Assembly (NCBI GenBank): GCA_963817385.1
Contig: CAWFOM010000005.1
Coordinates: forward strand, 416,001 to 480,000
DNA length: 64,000 nt
Reading direction: 5' to 3'
Source of the DNA: an uncultured delta proteobacterium
GTDB taxonomy: Bacteria > Desulfobacterota > Syntrophia > Syntrophales > UBA5619
Made by a program: the position numbers and the translations under genes. The notes beneath the pieces are model-generated. The model made no database searches. It saw only the letters and a list, made by a program, of their open reading frames with translations, and was not told the origin of the DNA. Positions 11,023-21,706 of this stretch are shown here, piece by piece. Numbering within the stretch: position 1 is the first letter of the stretch; each line of letters starts with the position of its first letter.

Positions 11023-11822
11023 TTGTCAACCAACCGCTCTTTTCCATCGTCATGCCCTGCTTCCAGCAGGCCCCGTTTCTGGCTGAAGCGGTCCACTCCA
11101 TCCTTGATCAGAAGGGAGTTGCTGTGGAACTACTGGTTATGGATCCGGGTTCCACGGACGGCTCACGGGAGCTGCTCACCCGGCTTCAGGTCGAGTACGG
11201 CAACCGTCTCCGCCTGGTTTTTGCACCGGATGGCGGGCAGTCCGATGCAATAAATCGCGGATTGGCTCTGGCACGAGGCCGGATTTTGAGCTGGCTAAAT
11301 TCCGATGACCGTCTTCGTCGGGATGCCTTGGAGCGCGTTGCCAACCTGCTCGATCATGATCATCCCGGTTGGCTCTATGGCCGGGCAGGAATGATCAACG
11401 ATCAGGGGGAGCGGGTGACGAGTTTCGTCACCCGCTACAAGAACTGGCGGGGACGCCGTTTTTCACGGCTCAAACTGCTGACGGAGAACTTCATCCCCCA
11501 AATGGCGGTCTTCTGGAACCGGGCGCTCTGGGAGCGGGCAGGGGGGCTTGACACAGCCAGGCACCTGGACATGGACTACGATCTATGGCTACGGTTTTCA
11601 CGGGTCTTGGAACCGGTGGTGCTCCCGTTCGAACTGGCGGATTTCCGAGTACATGGTCAGGCCAAAGGGAGCCGGCGAACCGTTGAGCAATTGGCCGCTG
11701 CCTACTCGACGGCGCGGAGGCACTCTACGGAACACGGCTTTAAGGGACACCTGGCCTTAGCGCTGCACCGGATTTTGGGGTTTCGGACCCGGCTGGTGTA
11801 TCTGTTGGTGAAACCAAAGTAG
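11016..11822 (+). CDS. GT2 glycosyltransferase
   Basis: FSIVMP, D.GQSDAINRG, WLNSDD, MDYDLW. Confidence 0.88.
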   Translation: MVIVNQPLFSIVMPCFQQAPFLAEAVHSILDQKGVAVELLVMDPGSTDGSRELLTRLQVEYGNRLRLVFAPDGGQSDAINRGLALARGRILSWLNSDDRLRRDALERVANLLDHDHPGWLYGRAGMINDQGERVTSFVTRYKNWRGRRFSRLKLLTENFIPQMAVFWNRALWERAGGLDTARHLDMDYDLWLRFSRVLEPVVLPFELADFRVHGQAKGSRRTVEQLAAAYSTARRHSTEHGFKGHLALALHRILGFRTRLVYLLVKPK

Positions 11823-11841
11823 GTTATTTCGGAATTATCTT

Positions 11842-12564
11842 ATGCCGAATACAAAGAGATGCATCATCGTTCCCGCTTTTAACGAAGAGAAGCAACTTGC
11901 TTCGGTGATCGAAAGCATCAGGAAATACAGCGACGTCAATATCGTGGTGATCGATGACGGATCGGGAGACATGACCGCGGAAATCGCTCAGAAGGCGGGT
12001 GCTTGTGTGATACGTCATCCTTTTAACATGGGTTATGGCGTAGCGTTGCAGACAGGATATAAGTACGCATTGAAAAACGACTATGAATCTCTCTTGCAGA
12101 TCGACGGCGACGGGCAGCATGATCCCGCGTATATTCCGGCTTTGTTTGCGATCGTGGAGAACAGGGAATGCGATCTTGTCATCGGCTCCCGTTTTATTAA
12201 AACCTCTGCAGATCAACCAGGAATCTTTAAATTGACGGGGATCAAACTGTTTCGACAGATCATAAAAGTGATTACAGGAGAAAGGATTACAGATCCCACT
12301 TCGGGATATCAATGCATGAATCGAAGTGTTTTTCAGTATTTCGCGGCGGATAGTTTCCCCTGCGATTATCCCGATGCAAATATTGTGATTCTTCTACATC
12401 GAATGGGCTTTAAAATATCCGAATTACCCGTGACGATGGTGCCCAATCCGGAAGGAAGAAGCATGCATCGGGGAGTATTCAAAGTTACCTATTACGTCTT
12501 CAAAATATTTCTTTCAATTCTTGTCATTCTTTTGAGAAAGAAATCCACTTCATTAAGAGGATAG
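11842..12564 (+). CDS. GT2 polyprenyl-phosphate sugar synthase-like (DPM1/PpgS type)
   Basis: IIVPAFNEE, DDGS, N.GYG.A, DGDGQH, IGSRF, TDPTSG. Confidence 0.85.
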   Translation: MPNTKRCIIVPAFNEEKQLASVIESIRKYSDVNIVVIDDGSGDMTAEIAQKAGACVIRHPFNMGYGVALQTGYKYALKNDYESLLQIDGDGQHDPAYIPALFAIVENRECDLVIGSRFIKTSADQPGIFKLTGIKLFRQIIKVITGERITDPTSGYQCMNRSVFQYFAADSFPCDYPDANIVILLHRMGFKISELPVTMVPNPEGRSMHRGVFKVTYYVFKIFLSILVILLRKKSTSLRG

Positions 12565-12569
12565 AAATT

Positions 12570-12917
12570 ATGACAGTTCATCAGAAGGTCTTCGCTATTA
12601 TTATAAGTATTACTATCTTCGTGGTCATCATATCCTTAGTAAGGAACCGAAAATTGAGAGAAGAATTTTCGTGGTTGTGGCTTCTGACAGGTTTTGTCAT
12701 CTTTGTTCTGGCGGTCTGGTATGATCTTCTCGTCAAACTGACGGCCTTGATCGGGGCCGTTGCGCCGACGACCACCCTGTTTATCTTCAGCATCATTTTT
12801 CTGGTTTTCACTGCGTTGCACTTTGCGATTAAAGTATCCCAGTTAAGCGACCAGGTGAAAAACCTTGTGCAGAAAATAAGTCTACTCGAAGCGCAAATTG
12901 ACAAATCATCCCGTTAA
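12570..12917 (+). CDS. Small membrane protein, DUF2304-like
   Basis: Three TM segments, RKLREEFSWLW, coiled-coil tail; adjacent to DPM-like GT2. Confidence 0.75.
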   Translation: MTVHQKVFAIIISITIFVVIISLVRNRKLREEFSWLWLLTGFVIFVLAVWYDLLVKLTALIGAVAPTTTLFIFSIIFLVFTALHFAIKVSQLSDQVKNLVQKISLLEAQIDKSSR

Positions 12918-12945
12918 AAACTATTGATATGTTATCATTGAGTAA

Positions 12946-13944
12946 ATGCATTTTCCAATGAAAAAACGGGGCATCCAGAATAATAATCTTGATCAGTTGT
13001 GCAAAGCTCTCACCTCTTTGGGGCGATTACTTTTAGTTATGCTTTGTTCGGTCGTTCTGGGAGCTGCTGTTTTGCACGGAGAGGAGATCCGCGCCCAGAA
13101 AGTGGCGGTTTTAGTCTCTCAGGATATCAGGCCGTATATTGAGGCGGTGGAAGGAATGAGCGTGGTCCTCTCGGAGAGTGCGAGTGCTAAACTCCAGGTG
13201 TTCTCTCTCGAAAAGTTCAAAGGCAAAAGTCGCGACGTTCTCATACAGAGTCTTACCGGAGAAAAATTCGATCTTGTCGTTGCCGTCGGTCCTGAAGCCG
13301 TCAGATTTGCCTGGGAAGAGCCTGTGCTGGAAAAAACCGCCCGGCTGTATTCTATGGTCTTAAATCCCCCCAAAGTATCCGGCCAGACGGAGACCGGATG
13401 CGGAGTTCCTCTGGATATCCCGGCGCAAAGGCAGCTTGAGATGATGGCTCAGGGATTCACTGCCATCAAGCGTATCGGCCTCCTCTACGATCCTCGTTAC
13501 AATTCCGAGTTTTTCATGAAAGCCGCTACAGAAGCCCCTTTTCGTGACTTGAAAATTGTTCCGCTTAAGGTATCATCAAAAAAAGATATTCCCGTTGTGC
13601 TGAAACAAAATTGGGAAAATATAGACGCCCTGTGGCTTATCCCCGATCAAACGGTCATATCGGAAAGTATCGTACAGTACATCATTAAGGACGCTTTATT
13701 CAAGAAAATACCTGTCATAGGCTATAACCGTTTTTTTTATGAAAGTGGCGCCGCTCTGGCCTTTGTATTCGATTATGAAGAACTCGGAAGGCAGACCGGC
13801 CGGCTGGCGGCCAACATGCTGATGGGAAAAGCCTGCGAAAAAGAGACCCCTGTCTTTCACGTATGGCTGAACCTTCGGGTCATCGATAAGCTGGGGATCG
13901 ACGTTCCTAAGAAGAAATCTCCCTCCATAGAGGTAGGGCCATGA
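12946..13944 (+). CDS. Periplasmic ABC substrate-binding-type protein with no cognate transporter nearby
   Basis: N-terminal hydrophobic segment; IGLLYDP, DALWLIPD.TV, GA.LA...DY..LGRQ motifs. Confidence 0.75.
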   Translation: MHFPMKKRGIQNNNLDQLCKALTSLGRLLLVMLCSVVLGAAVLHGEEIRAQKVAVLVSQDIRPYIEAVEGMSVVLSESASAKLQVFSLEKFKGKSRDVLIQSLTGEKFDLVVAVGPEAVRFAWEEPVLEKTARLYSMVLNPPKVSGQTETGCGVPLDIPAQRQLEMMAQGFTAIKRIGLLYDPRYNSEFFMKAATEAPFRDLKIVPLKVSSKKDIPVVLKQNWENIDALWLIPDQTVISESIVQYIIKDALFKKIPVIGYNRFFYESGAALAFVFDYEELGRQTGRLAANMLMGKACEKETPVFHVWLNLRVIDKLGIDVPKKKSPSIEVGP

Positions 13945-15369
13945 AAAATCCGGGTATCCATGTCAGGATTCTTCTTGCAGCCTTTCTGCTCATCAGTGCG
14001 ACCACCTTCACCCTGGGCTATATAGGGGCAAATATTGCGCATCAGTTCGCGCAGAGACGGTTTGTAGAGCACATATCATTTCTGGCAAAGTATCTTGCGC
14101 TCACCGCAGAACTGGGTATACTGATCGACGATCGGTCCATGTTACGGAGACTGGCCGTTAATCTTATGTCTGAAAGGGATGTGGTCGGGGTTGCCATACT
14201 TGACAGCCATAACAAAGAACTCATCAGGATACCTGAAGCGACTTCCGGCTCGTTTCCTGTCATGGAAACCCCGGTTTTTCTGACGGAATCACGGGAGGAA
14301 AGCAAGGCCTTTGAATTTAAGGAGGGATCGGAAGACAGCTTGATCGGAAAGGTGCGAATCAGCTACAGCACAGCGGGCATAGACCAGCTCTGGGCGACGA
14401 TGATCACCTACTTTATCTGGCTCGCCAGCGGCCTGACCTGCCTGGCCAGTCCTGATCTTCTACTTCATCTCCCGTTCCTTAGTGGCTCCAGTAAAAGGGC
14501 TGGCCCAGGCGGCCCGGAAGGTGGCAAAAGGAGATCGTAATTTACGGGCGCAGCCGGGAAGTCTTCCCGAGACACGAGAGCTTGCAGTGGCCTTCAATGT
14601 TATGCTGGATTCCCTGGAGAGGAACAGGAGGTCCCTTGAGGAAGCCAACGAGCAGATGAGGCGGCAGAAGACACTGGCCGAGATGGGGAAGTTCTCGCTG
14701 ATGATTGCGCACGAGTTAAAAAATCCCTTAAGCATAATAAAGAGTTCTCTTGATGTCCTGAAAAAAGATTTTGCCCTCTCCTCCGACAACACCATGGTCT
14801 TTTATATCGAGGATGAGATCATGCGTCTGAACCGCTTGATTGGAGACTTCCTGATATTTGCCCGTCCGTCCGCGCCCTCTTTTCGCCATACCGATCTGAA
14901 CGCCCTGCTCAAGGAGATTGTGACGAGATTTGAACTTCAAAAAACCGGAACGCCCTGTGCAATACGGTCTCATATCCCATCTGACCCCTGTTATGCATAT
15001 GTGGATCCTGATCTGCTTATCCGTGCAATTGGCAATGTCATAAAAAATGCCTTCGAGGCAAATGGCGACAATTGCGTGGTGGAGGTGACGGCGGCCCGCC
15101 TGGCTGATGCCTGGACAACAGAGATAGCGGACGACGGGGAAGGGATTGCCCCTGAAAATATTGATAAGATCTTCAATCCCTTTTTCACCACGCGCGCAAA
15201 GGGCGCCGGCCTGGGGCTTGCCTATGCCTCCCAGGCTGTTAAGACGCATGGCGGTGTCATCAGCGCCGAGAACAGGACGGAAGGAGGCGCCCTGTTCAGG
15301 GTGGAAATACCGGTGTCTCAAGGCGGCATTTTCCCCGCCGCCGTTTCCGATAGAGGCGACGGGATGTAA
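13941..15369 (+). CDS. Membrane sensor histidine kinase (HAMP-HisKA-HATPase); frameshift ~14448
   Basis: Two TM segments, AHELKNPL H-box, NAFEA, DDGEG, FFTT, GAGLGL. Confidence 0.88.
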
Positions 15370-15430
15370 CGAGAGATTGAACAATTAACGCATTGCAGAA
15401 AACGATCCCTTACTTTATAAGAGGGGCGCT

Positions 15431-16786
15431 ATGGCGCATATACTGATAGTTGACGATGAAGAAAGAATGCGGCACCTGCTTTCCATTATGCTAAGCAGAA
15501 GGGGATATCATGTCGACCAGGCGGGAGATGGCGTAGAAGCCTTGGAGATGATCAGCGCCACACCTTTCGATATGATCATAACGGATATAAAGATGCCTCG
15601 GATGGACGGAGTAGAGCTCCTGAAAAAGATAATGGAGATGGACATTCCCTACCCTGTGGTATTTATTACTGCCTTTGCCACCGTGGAGTCGGCAGTGGAA
15701 GCCATGCGACAGGGGGCGGTTGACTACATTATCAAACCGTTCGAAGAGGCGCGTATCCTGCTGACCGTGGAACGGACGCTCGGCCTGTCACGCATTATGG
15801 CGGAAAACAGGAATCTGAAGAGGGAAATCCGAAAGACGGCAGGCGGCGAAGAAATCGTCTATGCCTCCAAAAAGATGGCCGCCGTAATGGATCTTGCCGC
15901 CATGGTTGCCGGAACCGATGCCGCCGTTATGATAAGCGGTGAATCCGGGACGGGAAAGGAGCTTCTGTCCAGATATATCCACAATGCGAGCCCGCGCCGC
16001 GAAGAGCGATTTGTTCCCTTGAACTGCGCTGCGATATCCCCCAATCTGGTGGAATCCGAACTGTTTGGCCATGAAAAAGGGTCGTTTACCGGGGCAGTCC
16101 AAAAGAGCCTGGGCAAGTTTGAATATGCAGATAAAGGGACTCTTTTTCTGGACGAGCTCGGTGATCTTTCCCTTGAGGCCCAGGCCAGGCTTTTACGAGC
16201 CCTTCAGGAGAAAAAGATCCAGCGGGTGGGGGGGAACGAAGAGATCCCCGTCGATATACGGTTTATCTGCGCCACCAATCAAAGTCTCAGTGAAAATGTG
16301 AAAAAGGGAAGGTTTCGCGAGGATCTGTTCTTTCGCATCAACGTGTTTCCGATTGAACTTCCGCCTCTCAGGGAGCGTGCAGATGATGTGATTCTCCTTG
16401 CCCGGCATTTCCTGCGCCGGCTGGAGGGCGGCCTCGACAAGACACAGTTCTCCAGCGGGGCGCTGCGGGTGCTCAAAGAGTATACCTGGCCCGGAAATGT
16501 CAGAGAGCTGGCCAACGCCGTAGAGAGAGCCATGATCCTGGCGCAAGGCACGGGAAAGATCACATCCGAAATCCTCTCTTTCCTTGAGACAAGCCATCCT
16601 CTCACTGCCGGCCATGCCGGTTTTCGCCTGCCCCCCGAGGGAATATCGCTCGAGGAGATCGAAAAGGATATTGTTCGACAGGCGCTTGAGACCTGCAAGG
16701 ACAACCAGACAGCAGCGGCCAGGTTCCTTGGATTGACGAGGGCCAAATTCAGGGTTTTGTTGAATCAGGCAAAGAAGGACGGGTAG
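15431..16786 (+). CDS. Sigma-54-dependent response regulator (NtrC family)
   Basis: REC domain, GESGTGKE, GSFTGA, WPGNVREL, Fis-type HTH. Confidence 0.95.
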   Translation: MAHILIVDDEERMRHLLSIMLSRRGYHVDQAGDGVEALEMISATPFDMIITDIKMPRMDGVELLKKIMEMDIPYPVVFITAFATVESAVEAMRQGAVDYIIKPFEEARILLTVERTLGLSRIMAENRNLKREIRKTAGGEEIVYASKKMAAVMDLAAMVAGTDAAVMISGESGTGKELLSRYIHNASPRREERFVPLNCAAISPNLVESELFGHEKGSFTGAVQKSLGKFEYADKGTLFLDELGDLSLEAQARLLRALQEKKIQRVGGNEEIPVDIRFICATNQSLSENVKKGRFREDLFFRINVFPIELPPLRERADDVILLARHFLRRLEGGLDKTQFSSGALRVLKEYTWPGNVRELANAVERAMILAQGTGKITSEILSFLETSHPLTAGHAGFRLPPEGISLEEIEKDIVRQALETCKDNQTAAARFLGLTRAKFRVLLNQAKKDG

Positions 16787-16837
16787 CCGCGGGCTTCGCC
16801 CCGGCGATAATCCTTATTACAATATGCGTGATGAGTT

Positions 16838-18895
16838 GTGATGCATAAATTTTTCAACATACCGTTAGTGACCCTTGTCATCCTGCTCTTCTTTGTTCCG
16901 TCCGGAGCGCTTCGGGCGGAAAGCAAAGAGCCATCCGCCGGACGAAATGACACCCTGCTGATGTTTGTGGGCGAGGATCTGGATGTCCTTTCCATAGCCT
17001 CAAGACGCCAGGAAAGCGCCTGGCAGGCGCCTGCCGTGGCCCATGTCATTACCCGGGAGGAGATTAAGGAACGGGGAATACGGACGTTGAGCCATGCCCT
17101 CGAGATGGAGCCGGGATTTTACATGGCCAAGAAGGAGTGGGGCACACAGCCCTATCTGAGGGGAATCCCCGATTCGGTTCTCTTTCTCTATGATACGGTC
17201 CCCACGGGCTCCGATATCAGCAAGTCCCTCCATCCACTGGATTATGAGCTATCCCTTGCCCCGATAAAACGCATTGAGATCCTCCGCGGTCCGGGTTCAG
17301 TGCTCTGGGGACCTGACGCCTTTGCCGGCATCGTCAATCTGGTGCCCATGACCGGCAAGGATCTCGAAGGAGCGGAAACGGGCATCCTCTACGGCAGTAG
17401 GGGAGATCAGCGGGTCGTTTATGCGAATGTGGGACACGATGCAGGCTTGTGGGATGCCTTTTTCTCGGTGAGCGGCCGCAAGGGCGAGGAGAATGACAAG
17501 GACTACAATGTCGTTCGATTCTGGAAGGATGATGAGACGGCGGTTGCCCCGGAAGAGCGGTATGGCAAGAAAAGTTTGGATGATTCCCGTAATGTCGAAG
17601 TTTCGGGCCGCTTTTCCTACGGGGACTGGCTCACCCTCTCCGGCCTGCTCTCCGATTACAAGAAAAACTACGTCATGTCCCGGCCGGCGGGAGATCTCTC
17701 CTGGGGGGAAAGCCGCAGCGCACCCTTCGGCTTCATCAAGCTGGAGGCCAAAAAGAGCCTGGATCGATCGTCAGCCCTCCGGTTTACGGGCTCCTACAGC
17801 TCGCTGAATCCCGAATACGAGATCATCGACAAGACCTTGAATCAAAAGGAGCAGACCGCCTACGGCGAGATCATCTACGACCGCTCCTTTCTGTCGGGTA
17901 AGGGTCTTTTTACGGGTGGGCTCTCGTACAGAAATAAAGAGATAGGCAACGCCCCGATCTGGACGGGCTACCTGCCGGTTTTCCTGGGACCGGAAAACAG
18001 TAAATCCGCGCCGCTGGTTGTTGAGAAGGACTATAACGCCAGACTCTGGTCCGTCTTCGGCCAGTACAACCAGAAGGTCGGCAATGTCGACCTTTCCGTG
18101 GGTCTGAGAAACGACGCCCATGACGAGTACAGTAATCGTTTGAGTTACAACGTCGGGGCTGTCTGGTCTCCCGAGCCGCCGTGGATAATGAAGCTGTTGT
18201 ACGGGGTCGCCTACCGGACGCCCTTTGCCAGGCAGCTTCTGGAGGGGGAAAGGCCGGATCCGGAAGAGATCGAGACGGTGAATCTCCAGGTTGCCTGGAA
18301 ACCCTCCCCGCAGGCGTCGCTGAGTGTCTGCGGTTTCTACAGCCGCATCGAGAAGCACATCCTGGAAGATCCCTACGCGGGGCTTTCGCTGCCCAACCGG
18401 CAAAACATCAAGGGGGTCGAGATAGAGGGCCGTTATTCACCCCTCAAGAGCCTCGATCTTTCGGCCAACCTCACCCTGCTGGACAACGACGGCCCGAGCG
18501 AGACGTACCATTAGAACGACTTTTCCAATGTTCGTCTCGACGGGACGGTGGTGAAGCATTTTACCGATCTGACATATCCCTTTGACAGGGGACCGGACGC
18601 CCTCTTCAATCTGATGGGGACATGGCGACCGGTTGAACGGGTGACCGCCTTTTTACGGCTTGGGTATTTTTCCTCGAGAAATCTGATTTTTCCTCGAAGC
18701 GCGGAGATCCGCTCTGTCCCCGGTGTCTGGCTTCTCGATATGAGTACGACCGTCCGCGATATCGGTATCCCCGGCCTGGATCTGGAACTTTCCGTCAGGA
18801 ACCTGCTGGACAAGGATTACGAGACGCCCGGGACCTACAGCCTCATCAAGGGCGATCCGGCGACGGTATGGGTGGGACTGCGAAAGCGGTGGTGA
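16838..18895 (+). CDS. TonB-dependent receptor with an in-frame TAG at 18512-18514
   Basis: Signal peptide; plug motifs APA...IT.EEI and RIEILRGPGSVLWG; ORFs 16838-18514 and 18548-18895 share one frame; ends NLLDKDY...GLRKRW. Confidence 0.85.
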
Positions 18896-18911
18896 ACAAA
18901 AACGACCATTG

Positions 18912-18929
18912 CTGGTCAGAAATGACCAG
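18912..18929. promoter_or_regulatory. Perfect inverted repeat CTGGTCA-GAAA-TGACCAG; candidate activator site or RNA hairpin
   Basis: Seen directly; about 140 bp upstream of a sigma54-like motif. Confidence 0.35.
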
Positions 18930-19067
18930 AGGGAGGGAGGTGCAGACCCTGCGCTGATCATCGATAGCGGGATCAATCTCTCACCCGGAACGGAGCAACA
19001 GTGGGGAATTCCTTAATTCCTGACCTGTTTACCGGAAGATGAGAAAAAACAAGAAAAAGTGGTTTTT

Positions 19068-19084
19068 TTAGCATGACTCTTGCT
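19068..19084 (+). promoter_or_regulatory. Candidate sigma-54 -24/-12 promoter
   Basis: TTAGCATGACTCTTGCT versus consensus YTGGCACGRNNNTTGCW; correct spacing, but the first G of GG is A. Confidence 0.4.
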
Positions 19085-19098
19085 TGCAATAAGGCGCC

Positions 19099-20274
19099 AT
19101 GACGATGATTATGAAAATCTTATCTATCCTGCTGCTCACGGTCTCCCTTTTGGGAGGCGCGAGCGGGGTTGTCTCCGCAGCCGAGGGCCTTCCTTCGCCG
19201 CAGGACGAGGCTTTGCTTGCGCTTATCAATCAGGCGCGCCAGAATCCGCTGGCCGTTGCCGCCTCCATGGGTATGGATCCCGAGAAAATCCTGAAAGATC
19301 TCCCCGAACTGGAAAAGATCCTGAGGGAGGGCCTTCCGCCCGTCACGTTCAACGGGAACCTCTTTGAGGCCGCCCGCGCCCACACGCAGGACATGTTTGC
19401 CAATGGCTATTATTCGCATGATTCCCCCGACGGCCGGGGCTACGACGCGCGGATTCGGGACAGCGGGTATCTTGCCGCCACAACCGGAGAATCCTTGGGG
19501 ATGCTGGCCTTTGCCAATTTTATCGATCCGGGGGATGCCGTGAGGTTCCTCTTTGAATATATGTTCTGGGATGAACTGGATCCATTGCGAACGGAAAAGC
19601 GGAACATCCTCGACCCCGGTCTCAAGGAGGCGGGCGTCAGTGTCGACACGGGCGTTCTCAGCCTGGGAGGCGCCCCGTGGAATGTCTATCTGGTCACGTG
19701 CGATTTCGGCGCCGCTATCTCCGGGCCGGAAGCCGGCCTGCTTCAACTGATCAACCAGGCCCGTGAAAACCCTCTGGCGGTGGCTGCCTCCCTGGGCATG
19801 GATCCGCAGCAGATTCTTGCAGATTTTCCTGAATTGCATGATCTCCTGACACAGGGTCTTTCCCCTCTAACCTTTTCCCGAGATCTCTATACAGCAGCCA
19901 GGGCACACGCAGAGGACATGCTGGCAAACGGTTATTATTCCCATAATTCTTTAGACGGCCGCACGTATGGGGACCGTATTCGAGCGACCGGTTATAACCC
20001 GCTGGATTCGGGAGAATACATGGGGCTTCAATGTCTTGGCACTGATCCCCTGGATGAAACCACTGACCAGACAGACAGGATAGTCCGTCTTATGTTCGAG
20101 ATGCTCTTTACCCGTGAGTTACGACCGGATAGGGCTGAACAGAGGAACATCCTGAATGCCGGTCTAAGAGAGGTTGGCATAAGCCTTATTACAGGCACAT
20201 CACGAGAACTGGGGGGGATATGCGGGGACTACGTGCTTTTGATGGTGGCGGATTTTGGGTTGAGTTCTGAATAG
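19099..20274 (+). CDS. Secreted protein with two tandem CAP/SCP domains
   Basis: Signal peptide; LINQAR.NP, AARAH..DM, YYSH.S.DG, GE and RNIL...L.E.G each occur twice. Confidence 0.85.
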   Translation: MTMIMKILSILLLTVSLLGGASGVVSAAEGLPSPQDEALLALINQARQNPLAVAASMGMDPEKILKDLPELEKILREGLPPVTFNGNLFEAARAHTQDMFANGYYSHDSPDGRGYDARIRDSGYLAATTGESLGMLAFANFIDPGDAVRFLFEYMFWDELDPLRTEKRNILDPGLKEAGVSVDTGVLSLGGAPWNVYLVTCDFGAAISGPEAGLLQLINQARENPLAVAASLGMDPQQILADFPELHDLLTQGLSPLTFSRDLYTAARAHAEDMLANGYYSHNSLDGRTYGDRIRATGYNPLDSGEYMGLQCLGTDPLDETTDQTDRIVRLMFEMLFTRELRPDRAEQRNILNAGLREVGISLITGTSRELGGICGDYVLLMVADFGLSSE

Positions 20275-20332
20275 CAGGCCCCTTATTACCTCGCCCCCGC
20301 ATGATGAATTTTTAAAATAGCCCTCAAAAAGG

Positions 20333-20360
20333 TTGACAAGAAATGGCTATTTAGTATAAA
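20333..20360 (+). promoter_or_regulatory. Near-consensus sigma-70 promoter
   Basis: TTGACA-N16-TATAAA; strong RBS AAGGAGG before ATG 20476. Confidence 0.65.
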
Positions 20361-20475
20361 CACCAGTACAATAAAAAAAATCCAAAGAAAGGGGGGGTGC
20401 GGACAAGATAAGACGTTTGAGTTTTTGCGCGGTGCAGATTCTTATTAACTGTTAATAGATTAGGAGAAGGAGGTA

Positions 20476-21622
20476 ATGGTAAGAATGAAAAAACTATTGG
20501 TTTTACTCACCGTAGCGGTGGGGTTGTTCGGTTTTAGCACTGGCGCCTTCGCCCAGGGATTGCTAGACGTATGCTCCAGTTGCCCCAAGGGTGACACAGT
20601 AGGAACTATTGGTTGCGATGTACCGGGGCAGGAGGGAGGCAGCTGTACTTACTTTGATTATGAAAGTGGGTATGGATACCAATCAGGGATCAAGAAATAC
20701 AGGGAGCTACAAAGCGATCTTCAGTGTTTGTAACTGCCTGGACGCGGGAACGAACTTTGTCGCGGGCCACAGAATTGGGATCAGGTTGACGATCTTGGTC
20801 AATGGCCAGGCCGGGGAAAATGGGGCCTACTGGTCTGATCCCGCTTCAGCTAATGTACAATTCGGCTTGTTCCCAACCATAGCTTCCGCCTGTAGCGCAG
20901 AGGCCTACACCACTGAGTTTGGGCCCGGGAAGTTCTTTAAGTCTGATCAAACGACGGAAGTAACTACGCTTATCGCCGATCCTGACTGCGACGTCCCGTC
21001 TGATAACCAGGCTACGGTGATAGTCACAGACCCGGACCAGGGCTATACAATTACGGGACCTGACGAAACCAACAAATTGAGCCGCTGGTGGATAAACATA
21101 CCGGAGATTCGCATTGATCCTAGTGTCCTTCACAACGGCGAGAAGATCTCGGTTAAGATAGAGACCCTGGATCAGTCTACGGGCGGTATTTGCGCCTTAT
21201 GCGTCGCTACCTGTGAATGCATTATCGATGTAGCGTTTGTGTGTCCTGCCGGTAGTTCCACGAGTTCGTGTCTCTTCCCGTACTTCACGAGTACGACCGC
21301 GGCGACAGCAGAGAGTCCCTACTGGAACGGAATCGCCATCGTCAATACCAGTTCAACTGCCGGCACCGCCACCCTTACCGTACACCAGAAGGATGGTACG
21401 ATCGCTACATTCACGACCCCCGAGATTGCGGGCGGCTCGATGTTTGTATCTGCTCTGGAAGGGATTAACTTTGACGGTAACCACCGAGGGAACCGCCGGG
21501 CTGGGTGGTCTGCCGCTCTGGATTCAGGCAGAAACTACTTTCCCGACGATGGACGGGTTCGCCATGCTTGCCGATTCGGCAACCGGCGAATCCATGGGAT
21601 ACCTGTGCAGAAAGTACAGTAA
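20476..21622 (+). CDS. Secreted Cys-rich surface (S-layer candidate) protein, ~380 aa; frameshifts ~20685, ~21470 and probably at the 3' end
   Basis: Signal peptide ending AFA; joining ORFs 20476/20609/21237 gives ~15 Cys and a C-terminal LFPYF..YWNGIAIVN...GYL module; terminators follow directly. Confidence 0.65.
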
Positions 21623-21628
21623 AAACTC

Positions 21629-21671
21629 GAACCCCTGTGTCCTGCCGCGATGCGGGACACAGGGGTTCTTT
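21629..21671 (+). terminator. Intrinsic terminator-like hairpin
   Basis: 17-bp stem GAACCCCTGTGTCCTGC / GCGGGACACAGGGGTTC (one G-U) followed by TTT. Confidence 0.7.
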
Positions 21672-21706
21672 CCAGAGGCTGACGGATCGCCTCTGCTGAT
21701 CGTTCG

